The notes: a model not told the origin generated them from the sequence alone. DNA of 64,000 bases from Candidatus Bathyarchaeia archaeon (GCA_037481775.1 JBBFKZ010000002.1:86453-150452); one strand, 5' to 3'; numbered from the stretch's first letter, positions 28,769 through 42,148 are shown. A program made the numbers and translations.

Positions 28769-29452
28769 CTAGAAGAAAAATAGTTTTATCAAAAACAAAA
28801 CTGCCAGATGTGCTGGATAAAACGCGTAGAACACGTATTTTCTAATCAGGTATGTGCGCGAGCTTTCAGGAATAATTGTTTCCTTCTTCAACACGCCTTT
28901 TGCATGAAGAATGATTATGGGCACCGCAAAAAGCGAGAACACTTGCGGGTCTGAGGTAAGTAGAAACGGGCTGTTCAAGGCGAGAAGCGCGAGAAAGCCA
29001 AGCGGCGGATTACCATTCAAGAGTTTCATGCATGCCACAGTGAGCACGGCGTAAATATTTCCTTCAGTGTTAAGTAATATAGATAACAAGGCGGGAACAA
29101 TGGTTAACAGGCTTCGTTTGTTAAAGAAGTAGATGGTTAACGCGCCTAGCAGTAGCGAGAAGAGAATGTTGAAGCGTTCAAATGGCTGAATTCCAAAAGC
29201 AAGAAAATAAGGAACCTGAGAGATCAACGCAAAAATAAAAAGAGTTGCCAAGTATTTTTTCGGGCTTCTTGTGCTTTCCACCCCTAACGCTACAAGATAC
29301 GCAAATAATGGAAAAGCAAGCCTTCCGATTAGGCGAAGCGCCAGCCAGTCTGGATATAGGATGTCCCCCGCATGATCCATCGCCATCGTTGTGATTGCTA
29401 TCAACTTAAGCACATCTCTTCCGTAGTCAAACTTTCTGGTAGGCAAAGACAC
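28769..29452 (-). CDS. TraX-family membrane protein
   Basis: LKLIAITTMAMDH, IGRLAFPLFA, FYAFYPAHL; GTG start estimated. Confidence 0.8.
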   Translation of the reverse strand: MSLPTRKFDYGRDVLKLIAITTMAMDHAGDILYPDWLALRLIGRLAFPLFAYLVALGVESTRSPKKYLATLFIFALISQVPYFLAFGIQPFERFNILFSLLLGALTIYFFNKRSLLTIVPALLSILLNTEGNIYAVLTVACMKLLNGNPPLGFLALLALNSPFLLTSDPQVFSLFAVPIIILHAKGVLKKETIIPESSRTYLIRKYVFYAFYPAHLAVLFLIKLFFF

Positions 29453-29632
29453 GATTGAACCACACTGAGCTACTTTACTGTGGGCTGTAGCATAATTCTG
29501 TTGTGTCACATAAAGTTACATGCTTTAAAAGCATGCCACTTACGCTTGAATAAAAAAAAGCAGTGTTAAAACAAAGCTAAAAATATAATAAAAAGGGGCT
29601 TGGATAGCCTTAGCAGCTACTCTGTTACACGC

Positions 29633-31877
<2,245 letters not shown>

Positions 31878-31878
31878 T

Positions 31879-33090
31879 TCAATGCGCCTCCATTTTTGCT
31901 ACTGCTTGTTCAGGCAAGGCTGAGATTTTCTGGTAGAAACTTTCGAACTTTGTTTTGAATTCTCCTTCACATCTAGGTGATAACTCGAATAGCTCGAAGC
32001 GATTAAGCAATCCCTTCTTTTTCAGTGCGTCCTTCAGCACGATCATGTTGCGTTCAGCTGTGTCTCTGCCCTCGCTGAGCTTGCAGTCTTCCGCAGCACA
32101 CACGACACCCATCACGCCGTCAAAACCGCATTGCAACGCGTTCACAACATGCACAGGATCCATTCCTTTAAAGCATGGAACCTCTAAAATCAGCGCGTTT
32201 TTGCCTTCAAGCACATTGTTTGGGTTATCTAAAGCAGAGAACTCGGACCATTGGCAGCTGAATACAAGCACTGCTGGTTGGCCGTTTCGTGTCTTCATCG
32301 CTTTTGCGGCTTGACAATAGCGCTGCAGAACATTGTCAAACTCGAAGCCTTTAACTTCGATGGCTTTGTGCGGGCAGACAAGCGCGCATGCACCGCAGCC
32401 TACGCAGTCCTCGTAAACTATTCTTGGTGTGGAGAACGGTTCTGCCTTTATGGCGTTGTAGGGGCATATGAAGACACATTTGTCGCAGCCTACGCACTCT
32501 TCAGTTTTGTAAACTGCCTTCCTCGAGTACTTCACAACTTTCAAAACGTTTTCGTCGAATCCTAATTGTTTCAGAACGTTTTTGCTTAATTGAAGGCGGC
32601 GTGTATTAATTTTTGTTCCTTCTTTGTAGCGGCAGAATTTATCTTCACATTGAATTGAAACAATGTTCTTTACGCCTGAACTCAAGGTTTTAAAAATGAA
32701 GTCTGTGGGAACTCTGCCTGCACAAGGCAACCTCAGCGGAACATAGTTTTTAATGTTTAAGCCCTGATCTGCAAGGATGTCTTCAACTTCACAAGTGGAA
32801 GGCGAATTTCCGCGGCACATCAAAATTAGTGTGTCGCTGCCCGCTTTCTTTCTTGCGCAGTCAACGTAACTAACAAGTTGCTCGTAATCATAATAGGCGA
32901 TCTTTATCGCGGCGACGGGGCAAGCACTGGCACAGATTCCGCATACTTGGCACTTTTGTATGTCAATTTCCACTTTGTCTTTTTCACGATCATAGTTTAT
33001 AGCTTCAAAGGGGCAAATTGAATGGCAGACACAACATCTACTACATAAATCTTGGTTGATTTCTACGGTAGCGAAACATTTTTCGCTCAT
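31879..33090 (-). CDS. Tandem (ferredoxin-MvhD/FlpD)x2 iron-sulfur protein
   Basis: Four CxxCxxCxxxCP motifs; two MvhD-like segments (LPCAGRV...QCEDKFC; FSCQW...VPC...VCAAEDC). Confidence 0.8.
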   Translation of the reverse strand: MSEKCFATVEINQDLCSRCCVCHSICPFEAINYDREKDKVEIDIQKCQVCGICASACPVAAIKIAYYDYEQLVSYVDCARKKAGSDTLILMCRGNSPSTCEVEDILADQGLNIKNYVPLRLPCAGRVPTDFIFKTLSSGVKNIVSIQCEDKFCRYKEGTKINTRRLQLSKNVLKQLGFDENVLKVVKYSRKAVYKTEECVGCDKCVFICPYNAIKAEPFSTPRIVYEDCVGCGACALVCPHKAIEVKGFEFDNVLQRYCQAAKAMKTRNGQPAVLVFSCQWSEFSALDNPNNVLEGKNALILEVPCFKGMDPVHVVNALQCGFDGVMGVVCAAEDCKLSEGRDTAERNMIVLKDALKKKGLLNRFELFELSPRCEGEFKTKFESFYQKISALPEQAVAKMEAH

Positions 33091-33192
33091 TCTGGAAACC
33101 TCTCATGCCAAAGCGCACTTAAGCCGTAAAGCTTCTGCGCTTAGGCTTATGGAAGCATGAAAAGCGTTTTTGGATGATATAATGTTTTCCCT

Positions 33193-34125
33193 TCATTTTC
33201 TATAATATGGTCGTCTAATATATCCATACGCCGCAAGCGCTGCAGTGATGCCTTGACCGACTGCTGTGCCCACTTGCTTGACAGGATGGTTCGTCACGTC
33301 GCCGGCTGCGTAAACTCCCATGAGGTTCGTTCGCTGAGAAATGTTAATTTTAATATAGCCCTCGTCGTCAACTTCGACTCCGGCATCTTTTGCGATTTGA
33401 CTGTTTGGCTCCTCTCCGACTTGAACAAAAACCGCGTCAACCATCAACTCCTTTGTTTCGCCCTTTTTTTTATCAAAAAGCACTACGCTATTAACGACTT
33501 TTTCACCTTTGATTTCTTTGAGCTCGGTATTCAAGTGAAGCTGGGCGTTCTTTTTTGAGATTAGATCCTTTACAAGTATTTCTTCGGCGCGGAAAGTGTC
33601 TCTCCTATGAACCAAAAAGATCTCCGCAGCTATCCCTGAAAGGTAAAGCGCCGTGGCGACTGCAGAATTTCCGCCTCCAACAACAAGTACTTTTTTGCCT
33701 TTAAACAATGGCCCATCGCAGACGCCGCAGTAGCTTACGCCTCTTCCGCGGAATTCTTTTTCGCCCTTGACGCCGAGTTCACGGTAATGCGCGCCTGTAG
33801 CAACTATGACGGCGCTGGCTTCATAGCTGGTTCGGGTTGTTTTCACTTTTTTACGTTCACCTTTAAGCTCTAGCGCCGTTACAGGCTCCAGTTCACGGAT
33901 GGTTACGCCTGCTTTTCTGCATTGAAGTGCCATCTTCTCTGCGAGTTCACTACCGCTTATTTGCAGGAAACCCGGATAATTCTCCAAAATAGGCGCGTCT
34001 GAGGCTGTGCCACCTGCCATTTTCTCCTCTATAATCAGCGTTTTCAGTCCGCTTCTGGCGCCGTAGATCCCGGCTGATAAGCCCGCGGGACCAGCACCAA
34101 TTATTATTAGCTCCCAGTTTTCCAT
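33193..34125 (-). CDS. trxB: Thioredoxin reductase
   Basis: GAGPAG, GVSYCGVCDG, GGGNSA, AAGD. Confidence 0.93.
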   Translation of the reverse strand: MENWELIIIGAGPAGLSAGIYGARSGLKTLIIEEKMAGGTASDAPILENYPGFLQISGSELAEKMALQCRKAGVTIRELEPVTALELKGERKKVKTTRTSYEASAVIVATGAHYRELGVKGEKEFRGRGVSYCGVCDGPLFKGKKVLVVGGGNSAVATALYLSGIAAEIFLVHRRDTFRAEEILVKDLISKKNAQLHLNTELKEIKGEKVVNSVVLFDKKKGETKELMVDAVFVQVGEEPNSQIAKDAGVEVDDEGYIKINISQRTNLMGVYAAGDVTNHPVKQVGTAVGQGITAALAAYGYIRRPYYRK

Positions 34126-34279
34126 GCTTCCCCCTCAACATGGTTAAGTTAACATGTGGCAATTTATGAACGATTCGGAAAATTCTGCATCGACTTATCT
34201 ATTCTTCAGGCAGATTGCTGTGCGTTTATAATTGAGCAGTTACGCTTCATAAAAAAAGGGAGTGGGAGATTCGCTTTTC

Positions 34280-34549
34280 TCATTTGCGATAATTCTTTAT
34301 TGGAACGATAGGTATGGTGAAAGTTTCGAGTACCCCATCTATTAAGCGGATTTTGTCAGATACGAAACGCAAGGCTTTCTCGTTTGTGTCTGCTTGAAAT
34401 AGGATTGCAAAATCCCATTGACCGAATACTTGATAAGCTTCCTCAAGTTTAACGCCTTCAACTGGGTTTTCCTCGAACTCCATCAGCGGCTCATAAAGTT
34501 TCGCAGCCATGTTGGGGCTCAGTTTAATCATAACCAAATACTTCTGCAC
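34280..34549 (-). CDS. GYD / Lrp-AsnC ligand-binding-like small protein
   Basis: YQVFGQWDF; GTG start after GAGGTG. Confidence 0.65.
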   Translation of the reverse strand: MQKYLVMIKLSPNMAAKLYEPLMEFEENPVEGVKLEEAYQVFGQWDFAILFQADTNEKALRFVSDKIRLIDGVLETFTIPIVPIKNYRK

Positions 34550-34687
34550 TGTTCTTCCACCTCTAAGTACCCAACAAATTGTTAGCGCTTTCAATTAAAA
34601 AGATTTGCCAGTTGATCTTTCTCCTAGAAAAGCAGATAAGAACGAGCGAAGATTATGTTGAATAAAGACCTTTTGAGGTTTTCACCC

Positions 34688-36442
34688 ATGGCAAAATTCC
34701 GGTGTACCGTGTGCAATTATGTTTATGATGAAGCTAAGGAGAAGGTGGCGTTCAGGGACTTGCCAAAGGAGTGGGTATGCCCTGTCTGTGGTGCCCCTAA
34801 AAGTGTTTTTGTTCTTTTGTCGGAGGAAGCGGCGGCGGAAAAGAGAGAGCGCACTGTCTCGGATGTTCTGATAGAGCAAATTGCTGAGTGGGGTGTTCAA
34901 TATGTTTTTGGGATTCCTGGAACTTCTACTTTAGGCCTTGTTGACGCTATAAGAAAGAGTGGTAGGATCCAGTATATTCAAGTTCGGCATGAGCAGACTG
35001 CTGCTTTTATGGCTTCAGCTTATGGGAAACTTACCGGGCATGTCGCCGCTTGCTTAGGCGTTTCCGGGCCAGGCGCAACTAATCTCGCTACAGGCTTGTA
35101 TGACGCGAGCTTGGATCATTCGCCTGTTTTAGCGCTTACTGGACTGGTTGCGCGGCAACTTATTGGGCCTGGCTCGGTACAGGAGATTGATCAGTACTCG
35201 TTTTTTGAGCCTATATGCGTTTTCAACAAGATTTTGATGTCTGAGGATCAAACCACTATGCTGGCTACGTTGGCCATTAGGCATGCGCTGCTTGATCGTG
35301 GAGTTGCCCATATTGGCGTCCCAAGTGATGTGCAGAAACTTCCGTGTGATGCGCCGATTTTGCCGTTGGAGGGACGTATGCCAAACTTGGCTTTTGGACA
35401 AGAGGAGACGCTTATTGAAAAAGCTGCACATATAATTGATAAAGCAGAGCGACCTGTGATAATCGCGGGATTCGGCGCTCGAGGACAGGGAACTAAACTT
35501 CTGAGGTTAGCGTCAAAGATTTCTGCGCCTATAGTGACTACTTTTAGGGCTAAGGGCGTAATCGATGAAGATAATGAGTTATGTGCGGGCTGTCACGGTG
35601 GCATTGCGTCAACGGCTGCGGCGGCGCTTGTTCGCAAGGCAGACTTGCTGATCGTTATTGGCTGTTCCTTCTCGGATTTAACGCGGATTCCCGAGAAGAA
35701 GATGGTTCAGATAGACATTAACATGAAGATGATTGCGAAGAATTATCCCGTTGAGGTTGGCTTAATCGGCAACAGTGCCGTGCTAATTCCGAAATTGGCT
35801 GAGAAGGTGCGGGAGAAGCAGAATGCGGCGTATTTAGCTGAAATTGCGCAGCTAAAGCGGGAATGGCTGGAGCAGTTGCAGCGCGAGGCAGATTCATCCC
35901 TCAAGCACATCCGTCCACCATACATCATGAAGGTTTTAAACGAGAAAATTGCTGATAACGCGGTGATCTCGCTTGATGTGGGCGAAAACTGCTGGTGGTT
36001 CGGCAGAAACTTTCAGATGAAGCGAACTCAGAAGATGGTGATGAGCGGCTATCTGGCTTCGATGGGCTTCGGATTGCCCGGCGCCATGGCAGCGGCTCTT
36101 GCCTATCCAGATAGACAGATTGTCTGCATAACAGGTGATGGCGGCTTCTCGATGGTTATGGAAGACTTTCTAACCGTGCTAAAGTATCGCATGCCCGTGA
36201 AAGTCTTTGTTTTGAACAACCAGAGCTTGGGCATGATACAACAGGAACAAAAGGTTGAGGGTTATGAAAAATGGCAAACTGAGCTTTACGGTTTTAACTT
36301 CGCAGAGTTCGCTGAAAACGCAGGCGGAGCTGGAATAAAGGTAACTGACCCCGCTGAACTTGAGGATGCAGTGGAGCGTGCGCTTGTCCTAAGCAAGGCG
36401 GTGATAGTGGATATTGATACTGACCCGCGTAGGTTCCTTTAG
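34688..36442 (+). CDS. Rubredoxin-fused pyruvate oxidase-like TPP enzyme
   Basis: CTVC...WVCPVC rubredoxin; RHEQ, SGPGATN, GDGGF...NN TPP motif. Confidence 0.88.
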   Translation: MAKFRCTVCNYVYDEAKEKVAFRDLPKEWVCPVCGAPKSVFVLLSEEAAAEKRERTVSDVLIEQIAEWGVQYVFGIPGTSTLGLVDAIRKSGRIQYIQVRHEQTAAFMASAYGKLTGHVAACLGVSGPGATNLATGLYDASLDHSPVLALTGLVARQLIGPGSVQEIDQYSFFEPICVFNKILMSEDQTTMLATLAIRHALLDRGVAHIGVPSDVQKLPCDAPILPLEGRMPNLAFGQEETLIEKAAHIIDKAERPVIIAGFGARGQGTKLLRLASKISAPIVTTFRAKGVIDEDNELCAGCHGGIASTAAAALVRKADLLIVIGCSFSDLTRIPEKKMVQIDINMKMIAKNYPVEVGLIGNSAVLIPKLAEKVREKQNAAYLAEIAQLKREWLEQLQREADSSLKHIRPPYIMKVLNEKIADNAVISLDVGENCWWFGRNFQMKRTQKMVMSGYLASMGFGLPGAMAAALAYPDRQIVCITGDGGFSMVMEDFLTVLKYRMPVKVFVLNNQSLGMIQQEQKVEGYEKWQTELYGFNFAEFAENAGGAGIKVTDPAELEDAVERALVLSKAVIVDIDTDPRRFL

Positions 36443-37194
36443 GCGGGTTTCTTCAAGTTTTTCTGATATTCTCGAAGTTTCTGCATATCAAGATCCATGG
36501 TCATCACCGAGTCTTTGACTTCGTCTGTGGCTTCCTGTGCTATGCCCCAGGGAGTAATGAAGGCGCTTCTTCCGCCTCTAGCGTTGGAGCTGACATTGCC
36601 TACTTTGACGACGTAAATGCCGTTTTCTGTGGCAAGCTTCTCCGTGAGCGGGTGTCCCTTCACGTGTGGGTGTGTGCCCATTGCTGCGACTGGCAGGAAC
36701 ACAAGTTCTGCGCCCAAATCAACAACAGCTCTCACCGTGGCGGAATCAAACATGTCGGCGCAGATGAGCATACCTACCTTGCAGTGCATGGTTTCGTAGA
36801 CAGCTGGCTTGTCACCTCGGCTTACACCTGCGTCTAATTCGATTTTAATTGGGTTTATTTTGCGGTACTTGCCGATGAGTTTGCCATTTAGCCAAAGCGT
36901 GCTTGTATTATAGAATTTGCCTTCTGCCTCTTCAAGCACGGTGCCGCCAAGCAAGTAAATTTCCTCGAGTTCCCTGCTGGTTTTTTCGAGGAAGCAGAGC
37001 GTTTCAGCGTAAGTTTCTCTGCTGATTTTTTCTGCGGAAGTGAATTGTTCCATGTTGTTTGGGACAGAGAAGTATTCTGGAAGCGCGATAAATGCGGGTT
37101 TCTGTTTGGCTGCTTTGTGAATTGCTGTGGCGGCTGCTGCGAGATTGTTGTTTAGTGTGTTGCGTACTTTCATGTGGATTAAGCTTACTTTCAA
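36439..37194 (-). CDS. Carbon-nitrogen hydrolase (nitrilase family)
   Basis: LPEY, YRK, ICAD catalytic E-K-C. Confidence 0.88.
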   Translation of the reverse strand: MKVSLIHMKVRNTLNNNLAAAATAIHKAAKQKPAFIALPEYFSVPNNMEQFTSAEKISRETYAETLCFLEKTSRELEEIYLLGGTVLEEAEGKFYNTSTLWLNGKLIGKYRKINPIKIELDAGVSRGDKPAVYETMHCKVGMLICADMFDSATVRAVVDLGAELVFLPVAAMGTHPHVKGHPLTEKLATENGIYVVKVGNVSSNARGGRSAFITPWGIAQEATDEVKDSVMTMDLDMQKLREYQKNLKKPA

Positions 37195-37435
37195 GTCTTG
37201 TGCCTCTTGTTAGCGGGAGCAATAGCACGTGGTGAACTTTGATAAGAACGAAGCTTGAAAACTTTTAAACTTAACTGCTTGACACAGAAATCGGTGCCAA
37301 TTTTATGTTTAACACAAATGTGTATTATTATGTGGGTTATCAGCACATGTGTTCATGTTTTTATAGCTTTTATATGCATGCGGATAAGTTTAAATATGGC
37401 TGTATGACAAACAATTGTAGTCGCGAGTTGAAAAT

Positions 37436-38416
37436 ATGACTTTAAACCCGCAAGAATACGAGGCTATTCTCCCGAAAGCCCGCGCTTTAGTGAATAAGGT
37501 TGTCCAGAGAAACATGGCTGATGCCATGCTATTTTCCGCAGGAACCGACACGCAGATCATAGCTTACGAAGCCGTGAAGTATAAGCCTGCTATTCCATGT
37601 TTAACTATGCATTTTAAGCATGGAAACCCCGCTGACACTGAATATGTAAAGAAGATGGTGGCTTTCCTAAAGCTTAATCATGAAACGCACATTTTCGGCC
37701 GCGAAGAAGTTCTCGGCAATGCACCAAAAGTTGTGGAAGCCTTGAAGAAGTTTGATCCGATGGAGATACGAAACAGCATGCCTGTTTACATTGGCTTGAC
37801 GATTCTCAAGGAAAAAGGTTTGAAGAGCGTTTTCACAGGCGACGCCCTGGATGAGCTTTTCGGTTATCCATGGCAATTCCACCTGTCTGAAGCAGAGTTC
37901 GCCAAGAGGCAACAGGACATGTGGGCTGAAATGAGCTTCTCCTCGATACCCATGGCTGCGTCGCTTGGAATGACCATTAAAGCGCCTTACTTGGATCCTG
38001 AATTCATGGATTGGGCGAAGAACCTTCCAATCAAGCTAAAGATTAACATGTATAATGGCGTGAAGTATAGCAAGTGGATACTCCGTAAGGCTTACGAGGA
38101 CGTAATTCCCAAAGAGCTTATCTGGCGACCTAAAGCGCCCCTAGAGCAGGGAACAGGCACCGAAGTCCTGCGAACGTTCTTCGACGAGGAAATTTCAGAC
38201 GAGGAGTTCAAAGAGAAGAAGCGGCGCATTTTGGAGGAGGATGAAGTTCGAATTCAGGATAAGGAGCAGCTGCTCTATTACGAGTTCTTCCGAAAACGCT
38301 TCGGCAAGCCTAAGGATGTATACCCAGACAACGGCGGAAAACAGTGCCCCAACTGCAAAAGCTACGTAAAAACCAAAATTCAATTCTGCAAAGTATGCGG
38401 AGCCTACCCAATTTAA
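37436..38416 (+). CDS. Asparagine synthase C-terminal-domain protein with terminal Zn ribbon
   Basis: FSAGTD, TGDALDELFGY, PYLD, KWILRKA, RPKAP; CPNC/CKVC; no glutaminase domain. Confidence 0.8.
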   Translation: MTLNPQEYEAILPKARALVNKVVQRNMADAMLFSAGTDTQIIAYEAVKYKPAIPCLTMHFKHGNPADTEYVKKMVAFLKLNHETHIFGREEVLGNAPKVVEALKKFDPMEIRNSMPVYIGLTILKEKGLKSVFTGDALDELFGYPWQFHLSEAEFAKRQQDMWAEMSFSSIPMAASLGMTIKAPYLDPEFMDWAKNLPIKLKINMYNGVKYSKWILRKAYEDVIPKELIWRPKAPLEQGTGTEVLRTFFDEEISDEEFKEKKRRILEEDEVRIQDKEQLLYYEFFRKRFGKPKDVYPDNGGKQCPNCKSYVKTKIQFCKVCGAYPI

Positions 38417-38514
38417 CCCTTCTTCACTGCCGTTTTTTCTGGTATGCATGCTGGATTCTGGGAAAGCCTTAATTCTTACTCTGTTTTTCACATGAAGATT
38501 GAAGTGAGTGTGTT

Positions 38515-39579
38515 ATGGCTTCGCTGACACAGCTAAAGTTTGCGATGGCAACAAGCATCTTCATAGCTTCCTTCATATTCGGCCTATTCATGGTCGGCGT
38601 AGTTTTTCTTCTGCAATACTATGTTTTCGGCTTTGACCTATTGACCGGCCTTCTGCTTACCTTAGGCGGCATAGGCCTATTCATACTATTCCAGTATTTC
38701 ATCGGGCCAGCGGTTGTGGCTGCAACTGCTCGGTTACGTTATCTCAAGCCCGGCGAGAACCCATGGCTCGAATCAACCGTGAAGGAGCTGGCTGAAAAAA
38801 GCGGTGTGCCAATGCCGCGGCTGGCGCTGGCACCTGACAACACGCCGAACGCTTTCGTTTTCGGCACTTCAGCCAAGAACGCTACGCTTGCGGTGCATGA
38901 AGGCCTGCTGCGAACCTTAAACAAGGACGAGATACGCGCCGTGATTGCGCATGAGCTTGGGCACATAAGGCACAAGGATTTTGTGGTTATGACTGTGCTT
39001 TCCGCTTTGCCGCTGATCGCCTACTTAATCGCGCAGTTTGCGATGCGGGCGGGAATGTATAGCTCATACTCGCGGCGGAGAGACCGCGAAGGAAACGCAG
39101 GTGCAGTTCTACTGATTATCGGCGTTGTCTCATTTATTGTGTATTTGATAACTTTTCTTAGCGTAAGATGGCTTAGCCGGTTACGTGAGCATTACGCTGA
39201 TGCTTACTCGGCTTATCTCACCGGCTCGCCTCGGAGTTTGGCAAGCGGTCTTGCTAAGATTACTTATGGCTTGTAGATTTCTCCTAAAGCTCCTGAAGGT
39301 GCACGTGCTTTCTACATAGGTGATCCGGTGCAAGCGAAGCAGGAGATACATGAAGTTATGAAAAGCAAATCTGAATATGACTTGGACCGTGACGGAGTTC
39401 TCGATGAGCGCGAACTGGAGTTGGCGATGGAGCGGGAAGCCAAGTCAGTGTGGGTGACGATGAACAGCTGGTTTGCAACGCATCCGCCGACTTTTAAGCG
39501 CATCCTACTTCTGCGCGAGATAGAGCAGGAGATGGCGACGGGAAAATATACTGTTGACCGCGTGTATGCCCGCGTTTAG
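38515..39579 (+). pseudogene. htpX: HtpX (M48) protease interrupted by an in-frame TAG at 39274-39276
   Basis: PNAF, AHELGH, SRLREHYAD before the stop; THPP motif in the same frame after it. Confidence 0.8.
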
Positions 39580-39661
39580 CCATGCTTCTTTTTAGAAGTT
39601 ATTACACGAGCATTGCCGTAGCGTAAGCTTCTCTGATTGCGTGCCTTTTTTTGGGTTGGTT

Positions 39662-40774
39662 TTATTGTTCTGTTACTTCTTGTTGTGTGTGTTTAGCCAT
39701 TAACGCTGCTACTGTGCCGATAGCCGCTGCTGCTATGGCGACGCCTATTAAGGCGGTTAAGAAGAGCGGTATTACAATTACCGTTTCTTCGGCGCTTATG
39801 GCGCCTGCGTATGCGTCGTTGCCTTGCCATGAAGCGCGGATGAAGTGTAATCCTGCGTCTTTAGCTGTCCAGGCGTATTGGAAATGGCCGTTTGGCTGTG
39901 TTACTGTTGTTCCTATTATCTTCCATGGTGAACCGTTAAGGCTTGCGTAAAGTGTTATGTTCTCGCTTGGCACAGTCGGCGTAAGTTGCCCGTTAATGGT
40001 GATTACGCCGTTTTGGATGGCGATAGCTGCGGTTTCTAGCGTCAAGTAGCTGGGTGTTACAGTGGTGAAGGTGGCGGAAACCTGGCCCGGCGCCACTTGC
40101 TCAGCATCTTCAAGTGTAATTACTTTTGCGGCGACCTTCTTCAAATCCTCTGGGCATTCGCCGATGCGCCAGCCATTTTCCCAGTTTCCCCCTGTACATT
40201 CTGCAATGTAATATTTGCGACCGCTGTGTGTTATGTAGTACGCGTTTTCTCTGGCATCTTCTGGCGGCATAGCGAGATGTGCTGCGATGTTCATGTGTGT
40301 TTGCTCCTCATAATATAGTAGCACGACGTCTAAGCCGCCGGCTATCATTATCGAAGCGGCGATGTAGGAGAAGAGGTCGCAGTCGCCTTGGCCGTCCACC
40401 ATGGTTTCAACGGGGTATTTCGCGGGTTTGGTTTCTACGTAGGTTATCTGGTGGACTATCATGAGGACGCCGTTGGCGAAGTCTTCTTCGTTATGGTAGA
40501 TTTCCCAGAGTCTATCTGCTATGGGCTTTAGCGCGTAGGGAGTTACGAACTTTGGGAAGTCGCTGGGTGTGGCTGAGCGGTGATTTTTCTCTGCGTAATA
40601 TTCTCGGAGGGTTTCAGGGATTGCTATGTTAAGTTTGTAAGTTATTTTGCCGTCTGGCTTGTTTAGAAGTTGATATGTTATGGTGTAGTCTTGCGCGTGT
40701 ACGATGGCGATATTGGCGAATATGATTATTGCAATTGTTAGCGTTATCGCCGTTTTTGCGGGTGTCCTACTCAT
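39662..40774 (-). CDS. Secreted/anchored transglutaminase-like protein with Ig-like domain
   Basis: Signal peptide, YPVET...GDCD, H, E; C-terminal TM. Confidence 0.75.
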   Translation of the reverse strand: MSRTPAKTAITLTIAIIIFANIAIVHAQDYTITYQLLNKPDGKITYKLNIAIPETLREYYAEKNHRSATPSDFPKFVTPYALKPIADRLWEIYHNEEDFANGVLMIVHQITYVETKPAKYPVETMVDGQGDCDLFSYIAASIMIAGGLDVVLLYYEEQTHMNIAAHLAMPPEDARENAYYITHSGRKYYIAECTGGNWENGWRIGECPEDLKKVAAKVITLEDAEQVAPGQVSATFTTVTPSYLTLETAAIAIQNGVITINGQLTPTVPSENITLYASLNGSPWKIIGTTVTQPNGHFQYAWTAKDAGLHFIRASWQGNDAYAGAISAEETVIVIPLFLTALIGVAIAAAAIGTVAALMAKHTQQEVTEQ

Positions 40775-40846
40775 CTCTTTATCGAGTAGCAATATTTGAG
40801 ACTGCCTTATTAGCTCTTATGCCCACCCAATAACTACTAATAATCA

Positions 40847-41665
40847 TTAATTAACTTCCCAGACAACTCTGCCGCCTATTTTCGCTATCTCGCTGGAAAG
40901 CTGGCTTATCGCCCGCTGCAGCCTCTCATCCAAGTTTCCCGCGTCGTCTGCTGAAATAGAGAAGTGCAGTTCAATATGCGGCATGCTTTCCCGACCTTTC
41001 GGATGCGACTTCACATAAATGCCCGCGTTATCCCGCATGACCTTATCTATAAGCGGCGCCAAATTCGACTCCATCACGCCTTCAACGTAGATGCTTTTTT
41101 CGCGGAAAACACTCTTGCCCGCTGCCTCCTTGAGCAGTGGTTCTACAGTCTGGTGGAAGATGGCCTCCATCTCCGAGGGGACACCGGGCAGCGCCAGCAA
41201 AGTTGTCTCTTTCAGGCTTATTAGGGCTGCAGGCGCGGTTCCCACAGGGTTAGGAATAGGCTTCGCTTTTCTGGGCAACGTTGCCATTTTGATCCGCGGC
41301 GGCGTAAGCTCAACTTTTTCTACACCTTGCTCCTTCGCATACGCTTCATATCTTTCCCTAACCATCTGTAGCGCTTCTTTGTTCACTTTCAGACTGCGCC
41401 TCAACGCTTTTGCTATGCCCTCCAGCGTTTTGTCGTCGAAAGTTGGCCCAAGACCGCCGGTGGTTATAATGAAGTGCGGTTTACGCTTGAACGCTTCGCG
41501 GACAGCGCTTGCTATTTCGTTTACGTCGTCGGCGACCACTGTTATACGTTTGACCGCTGCGCCATGCGACGTGGCTTGTTTGGCTATCCACTGCGCGTTT
41601 GTGTTCAAGGTTTTGCCTATTAGCAACTCGTTGCCTACGCAGATTATCTCCAGCCAAATCGTCAT
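40847..41665 (-). CDS. CinA/molybdopterin-binding domain protein
   Basis: GNELLIG, NTNA, TTGGLGPTFDD, LPGVP. Confidence 0.88.
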   Translation of the reverse strand: MTIWLEIICVGNELLIGKTLNTNAQWIAKQATSHGAAVKRITVVADDVNEIASAVREAFKRKPHFIITTGGLGPTFDDKTLEGIAKALRRSLKVNKEALQMVRERYEAYAKEQGVEKVELTPPRIKMATLPRKAKPIPNPVGTAPAALISLKETTLLALPGVPSEMEAIFHQTVEPLLKEAAGKSVFREKSIYVEGVMESNLAPLIDKVMRDNAGIYVKSHPKGRESMPHIELHFSISADDAGNLDERLQRAISQLSSEIAKIGGRVVWEVN

Positions 41666-41755
41666 TTTCCACACTTTCCTATAGAGAAAGAAGCATCATA
41701 CAATTTTTTATAGTGTTCGCTAACTTAACGCTTAAAATTTTTGAAAGCTAAGCGG

Positions 41756-41968
41756 CTACTTTTTCTTACTTAACCACCATTTCAAGTATTCTTTCCGCTC
41801 TCTCTGCTTTTCTTCTTCCATGGACTCCTCTTTGGGCCTCATTTTCTCTCTCATTTCCCAAAGCTCTTGCTGAGTCACCGACAAACCACAGCTTCTACAG
41901 ATATAATGCTTGGTGGCTACCGTATACTGCATTTCTCCACCGCATTCTGGACAATACGGCATTCCCAT
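41756..41968 (-). CDS. Small zinc-finger protein
   Basis: CPECGG...CRSCG; charged C-terminal helix. Confidence 0.75.
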   Translation of the reverse strand: MGMPYCPECGGEMQYTVATKHYICRSCGLSVTQQELWEMREKMRPKEESMEEEKQRERKEYLKWWLSKKK

Positions 41969-42096
41969 TTCAACTCAACAAAAGTAACGGGACCCGAGAG
42001 ATATTAGTCTTCGCTTAACATCAACCCTTTCCCATTGAAGCACCGGCACGATCAGATGTACTGCACATCTATCCATGCGCCGTGCGTCTGCCGCTG

Positions 42097-42148
42097 ATAG
42101 CCCCTCTATAGGTTTCTGCAATGAATCGCTAATAGCCGCCAAATATGA
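42097..42148 (+). repeat. 52-bp intergenic repeat, copy A
   Basis: Exact reverse complement of 56409-56460. Confidence 0.92.

Noticed and set aside
28769-29452. TraX-family gene as evidence of a conjugative element
   Set aside because: No other tra genes, att sites or compositional shift; TraX-like membrane proteins occur on their own.
33103-33160. Interleaved stems AAGCGCA/TGCGCTT and TAAGCC/GGCTTA in the leader of the Fd-MvhD gene (pseudoknot/riboswitch?)
   Set aside because: Stems are only 6-7 bp, a 2-nt loop makes a pseudoknot implausible, and no known aptamer motif is recognisable.
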